This document shows, piece by piece, positions 37,801 to 46,571 of a DNA stretch of 64,000 nt. The translations under genes and the position numbers were made by a program. The notes below the pieces were generated by a model, which saw only the letters and a program-made list of their open reading frames with translations, ran no database searches and was not told the origin of the DNA. The first letter of the stretch is position 1; the number at the start of each line of letters is the position of its first letter. Origin of the DNA: Nitrososphaerota archaeon (GTDB taxonomy: Archaea > Thermoproteota > Nitrososphaeria > Nitrososphaerales > Nitrosopumilaceae); assembly GCA_028867735.1 (NCBI GenBank), contig JAGWFW010000001.1, forward strand, positions 9,671-73,670, written 5' to 3'.

Positions 37801-38259
37801 ATGAACGAGGGAGACATTGCACCTGACTTTGAACTTGTAGCCAACGATGGCAGTGTTGTCAAACTGAGTTCTTTTAACGGGAAAAAAAATGTCGTGCTGT
37901 GTTTTTATCCAAAAAACCACTTATTTGCATGTCCTTCAAAGAAGACATTCCAGATGGCAGAAGCGACGATAAATGCATACCCAAAGATTGTAGAGCAAAA
38001 CGCCGAGCTTTTTGCCATATCTGTAGATACAGTTGAGGACCAGAAAAAATTCGTTAACGAATATCACGTTCCGTATTTGCACCTCAGTGACACAGCCAAG
38101 TCCGCATGCAAGATTTATGCCGGATTGAACTTGGCAGGATTGGCCAAAAGGTCGACTTTTGTCGTAGGAAAGGACGGCAAAGTGGCCAAGATATTCCGGA
38201 ATGTCAACGCCAAGTCGCACGGGCAAGAAATCATCCAAACGTTGCAGTCAATACCATAA
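37801..38259 (+). CDS. Peroxiredoxin-like (BCP/AhpC-TSA) protein
   Basis: GDIAPDFEL, VVLCFYPK....C, AISVD, KRSTFVV. Confidence 0.85.
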   Translation: MNEGDIAPDFELVANDGSVVKLSSFNGKKNVVLCFYPKNHLFACPSKKTFQMAEATINAYPKIVEQNAELFAISVDTVEDQKKFVNEYHVPYLHLSDTAKSACKIYAGLNLAGLAKRSTFVVGKDGKVAKIFRNVNAKSHGQEIIQTLQSIP

Positions 38260-38310
38260 TTTTTCTTTGTTTTCAATAAATTTTTAAAGATCCGAAATTA
38301 GAATGGAATC

Positions 38311-38862
38311 GTGCTCGATCTTGTTGCAAAAAAACTATTCCTTACCAGAGGTAAGGGCGTACACCAGGATAGGCTGACAAGCTTTGAATACGCGTTACGC
38401 GATGCCGGGATTGCCGGAACTAACATCGTATTAATTTCAAGCATATTTCCACCAGGTGCAAAGCTAATCTCAAGAGCAGAAGGGCTCAAGCTGATACGTC
38501 CTGGCAGCGTGCAGTTTGTAATTTATGCTAGAAACGAGACAAATGAACCGCATAGGCTTCTTGCATCATCCGTGGGAATAGCAGAACCAAAAGACAAGAC
38601 AAAGTATGGCTATTTGTCAGAGTATCACTCATTTGGAGAAACAGAGAAGGAGGCAGGAGAATACGCAGAGGATATTGCGGCCCAGATGCTTGCCTCATCA
38701 CTTGGAATAGAATTTGATGTAAACAAGAGCTGGGATGAAAAGAAACAGCAATGGAAGATATCAAATCAGATATACAAGACCCGAAACATCACACAGAGTG
38801 CAGTGGGAGATCCTCATGGGCGATGGACCACTGTTTTTTCAGCCGCTGTTCTGATTCTCTAG
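38311..38862 (+). CDS. pdaD: Pyruvoyl-dependent arginine decarboxylase
   Basis: SFEYALRDAGI, NIVLISSIFPP (S-S cleavage site), GYLSEYH. Confidence 0.92.
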   Translation: MLDLVAKKLFLTRGKGVHQDRLTSFEYALRDAGIAGTNIVLISSIFPPGAKLISRAEGLKLIRPGSVQFVIYARNETNEPHRLLASSVGIAEPKDKTKYGYLSEYHSFGETEKEAGEYAEDIAAQMLASSLGIEFDVNKSWDEKKQQWKISNQIYKTRNITQSAVGDPHGRWTTVFSAAVLIL

Positions 38863-40029
38863 TTATCTTCTTCTCATAAAGAGATAAACTGCCGCGCCAC
38901 CTGCAATTACAATTCCTGCTACCACATATGTGGAATAGTCCGGATTACTTCTGTGCGGAGTGGAACCTGAACTTGAATTTGTTGGTGAAGTCGGGGGACC
39001 TATTGTGAGCGCCAAGTCATCGTTTGTAGCCGATGTTGTTGTGCCAAAAATGTAAATTCCAGTAACCTGCTGCCCTGAACTTGGATCAAAGACCCAGCCG
39101 GACTTGGTGAGGTCTGTTGGAATGCCTTGGTTGTTTGTTGGAACGATGTTTCCAGCATTGCTTGTTACTGACGTGTCATTTCTTGATAATACTGAGACTT
39201 GGACAAGTGAATTGAGCGGGAAAAAGCCCCCGCTAAAATATGATGATCTGTTTAACTGGCTGATTCCAAAGAAATCAAGCGGTCTGATTGTTGTAACTTC
39301 TCCCTTGATTGGAGAGTGGGCAGATACCTGTAATTGATATATTGACTGACTGTTTGTTGTAGTGGGAGTTATTGCAAAGGTGACGGTAGAGTTGGTATCA
39401 TCTGATAGCTTTCTTGCCACATTGTAAAACCCGCCGCCATTTCGTATTTGCTGTGGCAACAATATTGATGTTAACTGATCAAACAAATATGATGACTTGA
39501 GCTGCGGCGCCGTATATACTGCGGAAATTGTCCTGTTTCCTGATAGTGCACCCGAAGTTCCAAGTGCAACGCTCAATTCCCCTTTTGGACGTATGTAAAC
39601 TGAGTTAAACGTTGCATCAAGCAAAAATGCCTTGTTAATGTCTCCTATGAGGCTGTCACCAATTGCGTGAACTGTGGTCTGTATTTTTGTGATGTTGTAG
39701 GATTCTATGAGCGATGGGGAGTAGATTGTTATCAATACACATGTCTGTCCTGTGACCCCTGGAACACACGAATCTGTGTTGGTGATGGAAACAGATGTGA
39801 CATTTGCAGTATTGGCAATTTTTTGATCCAATGCAGTGGGAACACGCATCTCAAGTGGGCTAGTACTACTGAGTGTGACAAATGTAGTTGTCTGGTTTTG
39901 TATTTTTTCATCAACTAGCACCTGAGCAGTTTCTCGGTAAGTTGCAAGTTGAGGTTGTTGTGCATATGCACCAGAAAAAGTGCTCATTAAAACTGCAGAA
40001 ATCAGCAAACCAACAATAACGGACTTCAT
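38863..40029 (-). CDS. Exported membrane-anchored protein of unknown function
   Basis: Signal peptide (AYA), Ser/Thr/Pro linker, C-terminal TM plus RRR. Confidence 0.8.
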   Translation of the reverse strand: MKSVIVGLLISAVLMSTFSGAYAQQPQLATYRETAQVLVDEKIQNQTTTFVTLSSTSPLEMRVPTALDQKIANTANVTSVSITNTDSCVPGVTGQTCVLITIYSPSLIESYNITKIQTTVHAIGDSLIGDINKAFLLDATFNSVYIRPKGELSVALGTSGALSGNRTISAVYTAPQLKSSYLFDQLTSILLPQQIRNGGGFYNVARKLSDDTNSTVTFAITPTTTNSQSIYQLQVSAHSPIKGEVTTIRPLDFFGISQLNRSSYFSGGFFPLNSLVQVSVLSRNDTSVTSNAGNIVPTNNQGIPTDLTKSGWVFDPSSGQQVTGIYIFGTTTSATNDDLALTIGPPTSPTNSSSGSTPHRSNPDYSTYVVAGIVIAGGAAVYLFMRRR

Positions 40030-40061
40030 TTAATGCAACTTTCGATCTCGAACTATTAAGT

Positions 40062-40235
40062 CTACCCACGAAGTTTTTCTATCTTGACTGCAAACCTCTG
40101 AAATGGTTCTTCCTTGAAATGTTCTTTACATACAAGCATGGTTTCTAGAGGATCCGGCCCACAATCATAAGTAATCAAATATTCTGGCTCTTTATTGCAA
40201 CATCTGGGATATTTCACTTGTAGATTACTTTGCAT
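40062..40235 (-). CDS. Small zinc-binding protein
   Basis: RCCNK...YDCG...VCKEH; start uncertain. Confidence 0.55.
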   Translation of the reverse strand: MQSNLQVKYPRCCNKEPEYLITYDCGPDPLETMLVCKEHFKEEPFQRFAVKIEKLRG

Positions 40236-40289
40236 TATAAAATAAAATAGTTTTAGATCTGCTACCAATAGTTTAAATTATAATGAATC

Positions 40290-40361
40290 GTTCCAGTCAC
40301 TGACATCGGTTCAAACCGTAGGGGAACATGCCTGGCAGTCGAGGGCGCTTGACTGCCAGGC
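40290..40361. ncRNA. Candidate structured RNA element (nested stem plus strong GC hairpin)
   Basis: GTTCC...GGAAC enclosing CGGT-TCAA-ACCG, followed by GCCTGGCAGTC-N10-GACTGCCAGGC (11 perfect bp). Confidence 0.45.
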
Positions 40362-40365
40362 GCTT

Positions 40366-42138
40366 TTAGTTTATGACCTTTTCAAGCCTTTTAGTTTGAT
40401 TTCTTATGTAGTCAAACCCTTCCTGCCAGAATCTCTCAGACGTGATGTCTATGCCGTATTCTTCAAGCAACTCTTCAGGCTTTCTTGACCCTCCAGATGC
40501 AAGGATCTTCAAATATGTGGGAGCAAACGACCTTCCCTCTTTCTTGTATTGCTGGAACAGAGACAATGATAGCAGGTTCCCAAAAGAATACGAATAACAG
40601 TAGAACGGAGAGTGGAAAAAGTGTGGAATGCATGTCCATTCCACTGCAAAATCAGGAGATATTGTCAGAGAAGATCCGAACTGTTCCTTTAGGGTATTCA
40701 TGTACGTGTTCGATATGTCTTGCACTGTTGCACCGTCGCCTATCTTTTGATGCGCATCTATCTCAAAGACAGTAAAATAGGACTGTCTGCCAACCGTGGC
40801 ATATAGATCATCAATGTGATCAACCAGTATGGATTGCTGTTCTTTTTCAGATACCTGGCTTAAGATCCTGTCAAATAGCAGCATCTCGGAAAACGTGGAT
40901 GCGGTCTCAGCCAGGGGCAGCGACGCTTCTTGTATGAAAATTGACTTGTCTGATGCGGCTATGCTGTGTATTGCATGTCCTAGTTCATGGGCCATGGTAA
41001 AGACATCGTTGGTTCGGCCCTTGAAATTTAGTAAAACATAGGGCGTTATTTTTGGCGTTACAGTGCTACAGAAGGCGCCGCTTCTCTTTCCAATTCTTAT
41101 CTGCGAATCCACATGGTTTTCCACAAACACTCTTTTTGCAAATTCTCCAAGCGTAGGGCTAAAATCCTTCAATGTCTGAAGAACTGTCTTGACTGCCTTG
41201 TCGTACGTGTATCTTTTTTCTTCTTTTTTATGAATGGGCGCATACAAATCATACCTTCGGAGTTTCTTCGTTTTCAAAAGGCTGGCCTTTAATGAAAAAA
41301 ATCTTCGAAAAACATCTGCGTTATCCTTGCATGCTGAAATTAATGATTCCACTGTTTTATCATCCACATCATTTCCAATATTTCTGACTGATATGGGAGC
41401 GGAATACCCTCGAATCTGAATACACTCATCTTTCCAGTTTTGGACAATGTTCTGGTATATCTCGCCTAGAACTCCCTTGTTTTTGTCAAATTGTGTTAGC
41501 AGTGACTTGTATGCAATCTCTCTTGTTTTTGCCTTGGGGCTTCGCACGAGCTGAGCAAGCCCCTCCCTTGTATACGTTAGTGTCCTGCCGTCAATCCTGA
41601 CAGTAAACTGGAACGCATTGGTTATCTTGTCATACAATTTCACTAGGGCAGAATGGCCAGTCACATCAAGCGTGTTTATTATCTTCTCTTCCGGCTCTGA
41701 CAAGGAGTATCTTGCCAGCGTCCTTTTATGCTTGAGAAACTCGTAAAGTTCACCTGAATTCTGCATCAGTCTGCGTGCATTTCTCTCATCAATTTGTTTC
41801 TTCCACCACTGGTCAAAAAACAGAGTTCTGTTGTCGATTTCTGCACCGAATTTTCTCATCTTGGTGAGAAGCGACGTCGTCTTGTCAGACTGTGTGTCTG
41901 ATGAATATTCAAGAGACGCATATCCTGAAACAATGCTGAACTTTTCTATTATCTCTTCGAGAGAACAAAGCACGGCAAGAAATTTTTTTTCTGAAATGTT
42001 GGAAGAAAGGTGCGACTTGTTTTTCTCAAATGAACTGACTTTGGATTCTATGCCTTGAAGCCTTTTCTTAAACGAGGGCGAATATGGATCGTCTACAAGC
42101 TCGGCTAGGTTCCATTTGCCTGTACTGAAAGGTCTCAT
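40366..42138 (-). CDS. pepF: Oligoendopeptidase F (peptidase M3B)
   Basis: WNLAEL, GKRSGAFC, HELGH, AETAS, PHF...FYCYSY. Confidence 0.95.
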   Translation of the reverse strand: MRPFSTGKWNLAELVDDPYSPSFKKRLQGIESKVSSFEKNKSHLSSNISEKKFLAVLCSLEEIIEKFSIVSGYASLEYSSDTQSDKTTSLLTKMRKFGAEIDNRTLFFDQWWKKQIDERNARRLMQNSGELYEFLKHKRTLARYSLSEPEEKIINTLDVTGHSALVKLYDKITNAFQFTVRIDGRTLTYTREGLAQLVRSPKAKTREIAYKSLLTQFDKNKGVLGEIYQNIVQNWKDECIQIRGYSAPISVRNIGNDVDDKTVESLISACKDNADVFRRFFSLKASLLKTKKLRRYDLYAPIHKKEEKRYTYDKAVKTVLQTLKDFSPTLGEFAKRVFVENHVDSQIRIGKRSGAFCSTVTPKITPYVLLNFKGRTNDVFTMAHELGHAIHSIAASDKSIFIQEASLPLAETASTFSEMLLFDRILSQVSEKEQQSILVDHIDDLYATVGRQSYFTVFEIDAHQKIGDGATVQDISNTYMNTLKEQFGSSLTISPDFAVEWTCIPHFFHSPFYCYSYSFGNLLSLSLFQQYKKEGRSFAPTYLKILASGGSRKPEELLEEYGIDITSERFWQEGFDYIRNQTKRLEKVIN

Positions 42139-42303
42139 TCATTTCGAGTTCTTGATTCTCATTAAAATACTATGTGGCAAAAATCAATCATGTATGTGTA
42201 ATGTGAACAGTTTTTCTGCATCGATTTTTTTTATTTTCTGATCAGCATAGTTTAGTACAAATTCTACGCGTCTCTTATATAGAAAAATTACAATATAGAA
42301 CTA

Positions 42304-42426
42304 ATGAGCGTCACAGCATGGCAATGTTATAGATGTAACTTGGTTTTCAGAGAAAAATCTCACGTTGAGATGCACAACCAAGTCTCACGCCATCATGCAG
42401 TGGAAGTAAAGATGGTCTCTCCGTGA
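42304..42426 (+). CDS. 40-aa C2H2 zinc-finger microprotein (missed by ORF track)
   Basis: MSVTAWQCYRCNLVFREKSHVEMHNQVSRHHAVEVKMVSP*; TTATAT box ~29 nt upstream. Confidence 0.75.
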   Translation: MSVTAWQCYRCNLVFREKSHVEMHNQVSRHHAVEVKMVSP

Positions 42427-42512
42427 ATATGTTTTCAAGACGTATTTAGAAAACAAGGCGTTGGAATGTTGCTGGCAAGTATTTATTTAACCCCGAATTA
42501 GATTACCCGTTC

Positions 42513-43589
42513 GTGGACCCGCATAGTTTTCATGGAAAAGACATCCGGCATTTGAAAATCAAGCCCAACATGGGCGTTGATGACCTGGTGGACATCTTTG
42601 CAAGCACGGGATACAATGCAAGACAGCTTGGAGAGGCTGCAAAACTTTATCGTAAAATGATACAAGACGATGCCACGATATGCCTTACCATATCTGGGGC
42701 CATGACGCCTGTGGGCTTTGGAGGTCTCTTTAAGACCCTCATTGAGAGGGGATTTGTTGACTGGATAATCTCTACTGGAGCAAACGTATACCATGAAGAC
42801 CATTTTGCGTGGAATCTGCCCGTAAAACAGGGCCATTTTGAGGTTGATGATATGATATTGTATGAAAAGGATATTGTCAGAATAAGGGATGTTTACATCA
42901 AGGGTGAGGAGACACTCAAGGCAGAAGACAAGATAGTGCAAAAAATGTTCACCGGTAATCTGACTGACAAGCCATTTACTACGGCCGAATTTTGCAACGC
43001 AATGGGAAAATACTCAAAAGAGCACTCAAAGCACCCAGAACGAAGTTTTGTAGTTTCTGCATATGACTATGATGTTCCCGTGTACATTTCCACGCTAAAG
43101 GATTCTTCTCTTGCACTTGATCTTGCTCCGCTGCGGCTCGCAAACAAGGCATACAATCTGGATTTTGTACGCGAAATAATCGAGCAGGCTGCGATACTTT
43201 ACAATTCTAAAAAAGCCGGCATAGTGGAGATTGGAGGTGGCGTCCCAAAAAACACTGCACAGCAGACAGGGCCTCTTTTGGACCAAATACTCGGTCTGGG
43301 CCACGGCGGTCAAAATTACATAATCCAGATAACCGATGCAAGGCCTGATACTGGGGGGCTGTCGGGTGCCACACTGCAGGAAGGAAAGAGCTGGGGGAAG
43401 GTAAAGGACGCGCACGAGGACGTCATAATGGTTTACACTGATGCGACAATTGCATTTCCTGTTTTGTGCCTTTATGCGCTGAGCACTGAAAAACCGCGAA
43501 AACCAAAACGCCTCTACAAAAAACTGGACAAGTACTACAAAGATCTTGCCAGTGCATACTTTAACAACAAAAGAAGCGTAAAGAAATAA
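42513..43589 (+). CDS. Second deoxyhypusine synthase-like protein (probable homospermidine synthase, SpeY-like)
   Basis: SGAMTPVG, STGANVYHE, GGGVPKN, DARPDTGGLSGATLQEGKSWGK. Confidence 0.85.
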   Translation: MDPHSFHGKDIRHLKIKPNMGVDDLVDIFASTGYNARQLGEAAKLYRKMIQDDATICLTISGAMTPVGFGGLFKTLIERGFVDWIISTGANVYHEDHFAWNLPVKQGHFEVDDMILYEKDIVRIRDVYIKGEETLKAEDKIVQKMFTGNLTDKPFTTAEFCNAMGKYSKEHSKHPERSFVVSAYDYDVPVYISTLKDSSLALDLAPLRLANKAYNLDFVREIIEQAAILYNSKKAGIVEIGGGVPKNTAQQTGPLLDQILGLGHGGQNYIIQITDARPDTGGLSGATLQEGKSWGKVKDAHEDVIMVYTDATIAFPVLCLYALSTEKPRKPKRLYKKLDKYYKDLASAYFNNKRSVKK

Positions 43590-43611
43590 CAAAAAATGAA
43601 AAATAGAAGAT

Positions 43612-44202
43612 CTAGAGTTTTGGAATTGCTCTAGTCTTTGCAGTGAATATGACGACACTAATGATTGCAATTACAAGTACTAGTGACGCCACTGGACCGA
43701 ATTCTGGAACTGTCTGGTTTCCTGTATTTCCAGTCATGTTGGTCGTAGTCATATTATTGCCGCTAGTCGGTGGTGGGTTAGTTGCTCCTGCTGCTCCAAC
43801 AATTACTTGTCCGGTCATCCATGGATGAACCTCGCAGAAGTAAGGGAAGGTTCCAGCTTTAGTGAATGCAGGTGTCGTATATGTGCTACTAGCTTTAATC
43901 ATACCGCTGTCCCAGATAGTTCCGACTGAAGTATCTGATTCGTTTCCGTCGTAATATGTTGCAGTATGTGCAGCACTATCAGCATTTGTCCAAGTTACGG
44001 TATCGCCAACATTGGCGTTTACAACTTGTGGGTTGAAACAACTTGTTGGATCGCATTTTCCATTTGTACCGCTTGCACCCTTGCTAATTGTTACCGAGAC
44101 GTTTGTTGCAAAAGCTGGTTGAGCTATTGCAATTATGGCAACTAGAGCCAAAACACCAAATAGTGCGCCCATTGGTTTTGACTTCATCGAATTGTTTGAC
44201 AA
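43612..44202 (-). CDS. Blue-copper (cupredoxin) protein with PEFG-CTERM sorting signal
   Basis: AAHTAT and YFCEVHPWM type-1 Cu ligands; C-terminal VPEFGP, TM helix and basic tail. Confidence 0.92.
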   Translation of the reverse strand: MSNNSMKSKPMGALFGVLALVAIIAIAQPAFATNVSVTISKGASGTNGKCDPTSCFNPQVVNANVGDTVTWTNADSAAHTATYYDGNESDTSVGTIWDSGMIKASSTYTTPAFTKAGTFPYFCEVHPWMTGQVIVGAAGATNPPPTSGNNMTTTNMTGNTGNQTVPEFGPVASLVLVIAIISVVIFTAKTRAIPKL

Positions 44203-44265
44203 ATCAGGGCATTATAAAGGCTCTCGTTTTTCGCATATGATAAATTCACAACAAAAAAGATTCAG

Positions 44266-44475
44266 CTAAAACCTGTCGTATCTGGCCCTTTCAACATCTC
44301 GCTCGTCCTTGGTTGCCTTTTTCCATTCCTTGTAATGTTCCTTGCAAAGAACAGTCTTTTTTCCGCCAGAAATGCTCAGGCCTGTGCCCTCCACCTTGGA
44401 TGTAGTAAGGGAGCGAACTCCGTCCTTGTCGCAACCAATGACATTGCATTTCGCACCTTTTGCTATGATGCCCAT
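44266..44475 (-). CDS. Small conserved zinc-finger protein
   Basis: MGIIAKGAKCNVIGC...LCKEHYKEWKK; ATG at 44475. Confidence 0.75.
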   Translation of the reverse strand: MGIIAKGAKCNVIGCDKDGVRSLTTSKVEGTGLSISGGKKTVLCKEHYKEWKKATKDERDVERARYDRF

Positions 44476-44563
44476 GCAAGCCCTTCGACTGCATATTATT
44501 TGAGTATTTTTGGTCCACCATGGGCATAAACGCTTTAATCCCAATGAGCGATTGGAGTAAAAG

Positions 44564-45136
44564 ATGCTTAACAACTTTAGGGAAAGGCTAACACACATCC
44601 TGCAGAACATGGGAAAGGCATTTGCATCTACCGGTCTTTCTGCAAACTTTTGGACAGCTGTGGGACTCGGGTTTGCTTTTGCATCTGCAATAGTTTATGG
44701 AATTCATTTGCAGTATTCTTTTGTTATCGGCGGTATTCTTTTGCTGATATCTGGGTTTTTTGACATAGTGGATGGCCAGGTGGCACGAGCCACTGGAAAG
44801 ACATCAAAGAAGGGTGCCTTTCTTGATTCTGTCTTTGACAAGATTGCCGAAGTTGCAATATTTCTTGGCATCTTGATTGGACACTATTCAGAAGGATATC
44901 TTGTTCTCCTGGCAATAACACTCTCACTACTTGTAAGCTATACTAGGGCAAGAGCAGAATCACTTGGGGTTCAACTGCAGGGAGTTGGAATAGGAGAGAG
45001 AGCAGAGAGGCTGCTGGTGATAGCAATAATTGGAATGGCAGGATTTCTTAACTATGCAGTAATAATAGTAATTGTGATTGCAGGAATAACTCTCATACAA
45101 AGAATAGTTACTGCTGCAAGAAAGATAAACGACTAG
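44564..45136 (+). CDS. CDP-alcohol phosphatidyltransferase (probable archaetidylinositol phosphate synthase)
   Basis: DIVDGQVAR...GAFLDSVFD motif; VSYTRARAE, GERAER. Confidence 0.9.
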   Translation: MLNNFRERLTHILQNMGKAFASTGLSANFWTAVGLGFAFASAIVYGIHLQYSFVIGGILLLISGFFDIVDGQVARATGKTSKKGAFLDSVFDKIAEVAIFLGILIGHYSEGYLVLLAITLSLLVSYTRARAESLGVQLQGVGIGERAERLLVIAIIGMAGFLNYAVIIVIVIAGITLIQRIVTAARKIND

Positions 45137-45420
45137 CGCAGTCTGCCCGTCTGGCGTCTAGAATCTGCTGACCTGATCTTTAGTATGCCAAAGTGAATTG
45201 CACATGATATGCAGTAATATTTCAGTACTGTGGGTGATGCAATGTATGCTCCCTGCGCTCTGAGTTCTTTTGCAAGGCTGTGCTCCACCAGGTTCAATCT
45301 TGATGTGACCTTTTTTGCCTTGTCGCGTGGTACTGTAGCTCCGCAGTTGGTGCACTGGATACGATCGGAGGATCCCTTGCCACCCTTTTTTCTGCCCCTA
45401 CTTGCACGTTTTAATGGCAT
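45133..45420 (-). CDS. rps26e: 30S ribosomal protein S26e
   Basis: MPLKRASRGR, CTNCG..VPRDKAKK, YCISCAIH. Confidence 0.95.
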   Translation of the reverse strand: MPLKRASRGRKKGGKGSSDRIQCTNCGATVPRDKAKKVTSRLNLVEHSLAKELRAQGAYIASPTVLKYYCISCAIHFGILKIRSADSRRQTGRLR

Positions 45421-45484
45421 ACGGAGTATCTGCAATATGCCTCTAAATAAACGCATTTGAGTGGTATCTCTTGCTGTAAATCTG

Positions 45485-45604
45485 TTATTTTCTTAAGAAA
45501 TTTAAGATACTTGCAAAATTATAACATGCATGCGGGGCCTTTGCCACGTGTGTCTTAGCTCCAATGTTGAAGTAGTGATAGAAAAACGCCAGGTAATCTG
45601 CCAT
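45485..45604 (-). CDS. Possible 39-aa hypothetical protein
   Basis: MADYLAFFYHYFNIGAKTHVAKAPHACYNFASILNFLRK* in the gap upstream of rps26e. Confidence 0.25.
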   Translation of the reverse strand: MADYLAFFYHYFNIGAKTHVAKAPHACYNFASILNFLRK

Positions 45605-45665
45605 TCCTGTCTTCAAAAGCAGAACAGAAAAAAGGACTAAATGGACAAGCATCAGGGTATAATCG

Positions 45666-46541
45666 ATGAAGCTTACCATCCTGTCTCACTGTACTGTAGA
45701 TGAGATATTGCGTGATGGCCAGGTTGTAGAAACCCCTGGAGGACCAGCTGCCTATTGCGGCATTACTGCAAAAAATATGAAGTTTGATGTGGATTTGCAA
45801 ACCAGGGTTGGGCCTGATTTCAAATTCAAGCATGACCTTGAAAACAAAGGGTTGTTTCTGCCCCCAGGTTCTTCTTCAAACAGTCAAACTACGCGATTTT
45901 TGTTAAAGATTCTTGGAGTGGACAGGGAGCTGTATCTCAAAGCAAAGTGTGACGAGGTGGAATTTCACACTTCTGACGCAGATGGCTTTATAGTGAGTCC
46001 TGTATTTGATGAGGTATCTGAAGACACACTAGATAAGATAAGGGAAGATTCCAATTTTTTATTGCTTGATCCTCAAGGATATCTCAGGCGTATTGATAAC
46101 AATAACAAAATATATCTCGAGAAAACATTACTTGACATCTCAAAAGTAACTGCAATCAAAACTGATCCTGACGAGGCATTCTATCTTACAGGGATGAGAG
46201 AAAAAGAAGCCATGCTTGCACTGCAAAAAAAAGGAGTAAAGCACGTACTCTATACAAACAAGCAAGACATCACGATGCTTGTCAAAGACAGGATGTACTA
46301 CTTGAACATCCCAAACATGACAATCGGTGACACAACAGGCGTGGGAGACATATTCTGTGCCGCATTTGCATGTTCATATCTCAAAGAAAAAGATTCCCTG
46401 TGGGCCATTTGTTTTGCAGTCGGTGCAGCACAGGCAGCACTGGAAACAAAAGCAACAGGCCTGTCAAAAATACCAAACTCTGGAACCATACAGCAAAACG
46501 CCGCTTACCTGTATAACCTTGTAAAGTTCTCCCAAGTTTAG
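45666..46541 (+). CDS. PfkB family carbohydrate kinase
   Basis: PGGPAAY, LDPQG, DTTGVGDIF. Confidence 0.88.
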   Translation: MKLTILSHCTVDEILRDGQVVETPGGPAAYCGITAKNMKFDVDLQTRVGPDFKFKHDLENKGLFLPPGSSSNSQTTRFLLKILGVDRELYLKAKCDEVEFHTSDADGFIVSPVFDEVSEDTLDKIREDSNFLLLDPQGYLRRIDNNNKIYLEKTLLDISKVTAIKTDPDEAFYLTGMREKEAMLALQKKGVKHVLYTNKQDITMLVKDRMYYLNIPNMTIGDTTGVGDIFCAAFACSYLKEKDSLWAICFAVGAAQAALETKATGLSKIPNSGTIQQNAAYLYNLVKFSQV

Positions 46542-46571
46542 GCTTTTATTGTGCAGGGTTCAATTACTGAC

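Noticed and set aside
40306-40320. GGTTCAAACCG as a tRNA T-arm or TPP-riboswitch fragment
   Set aside because: No cloverleaf, D-arm or anticodon arm, and no CUGAGA TPP core; kept only as a generic structured element.
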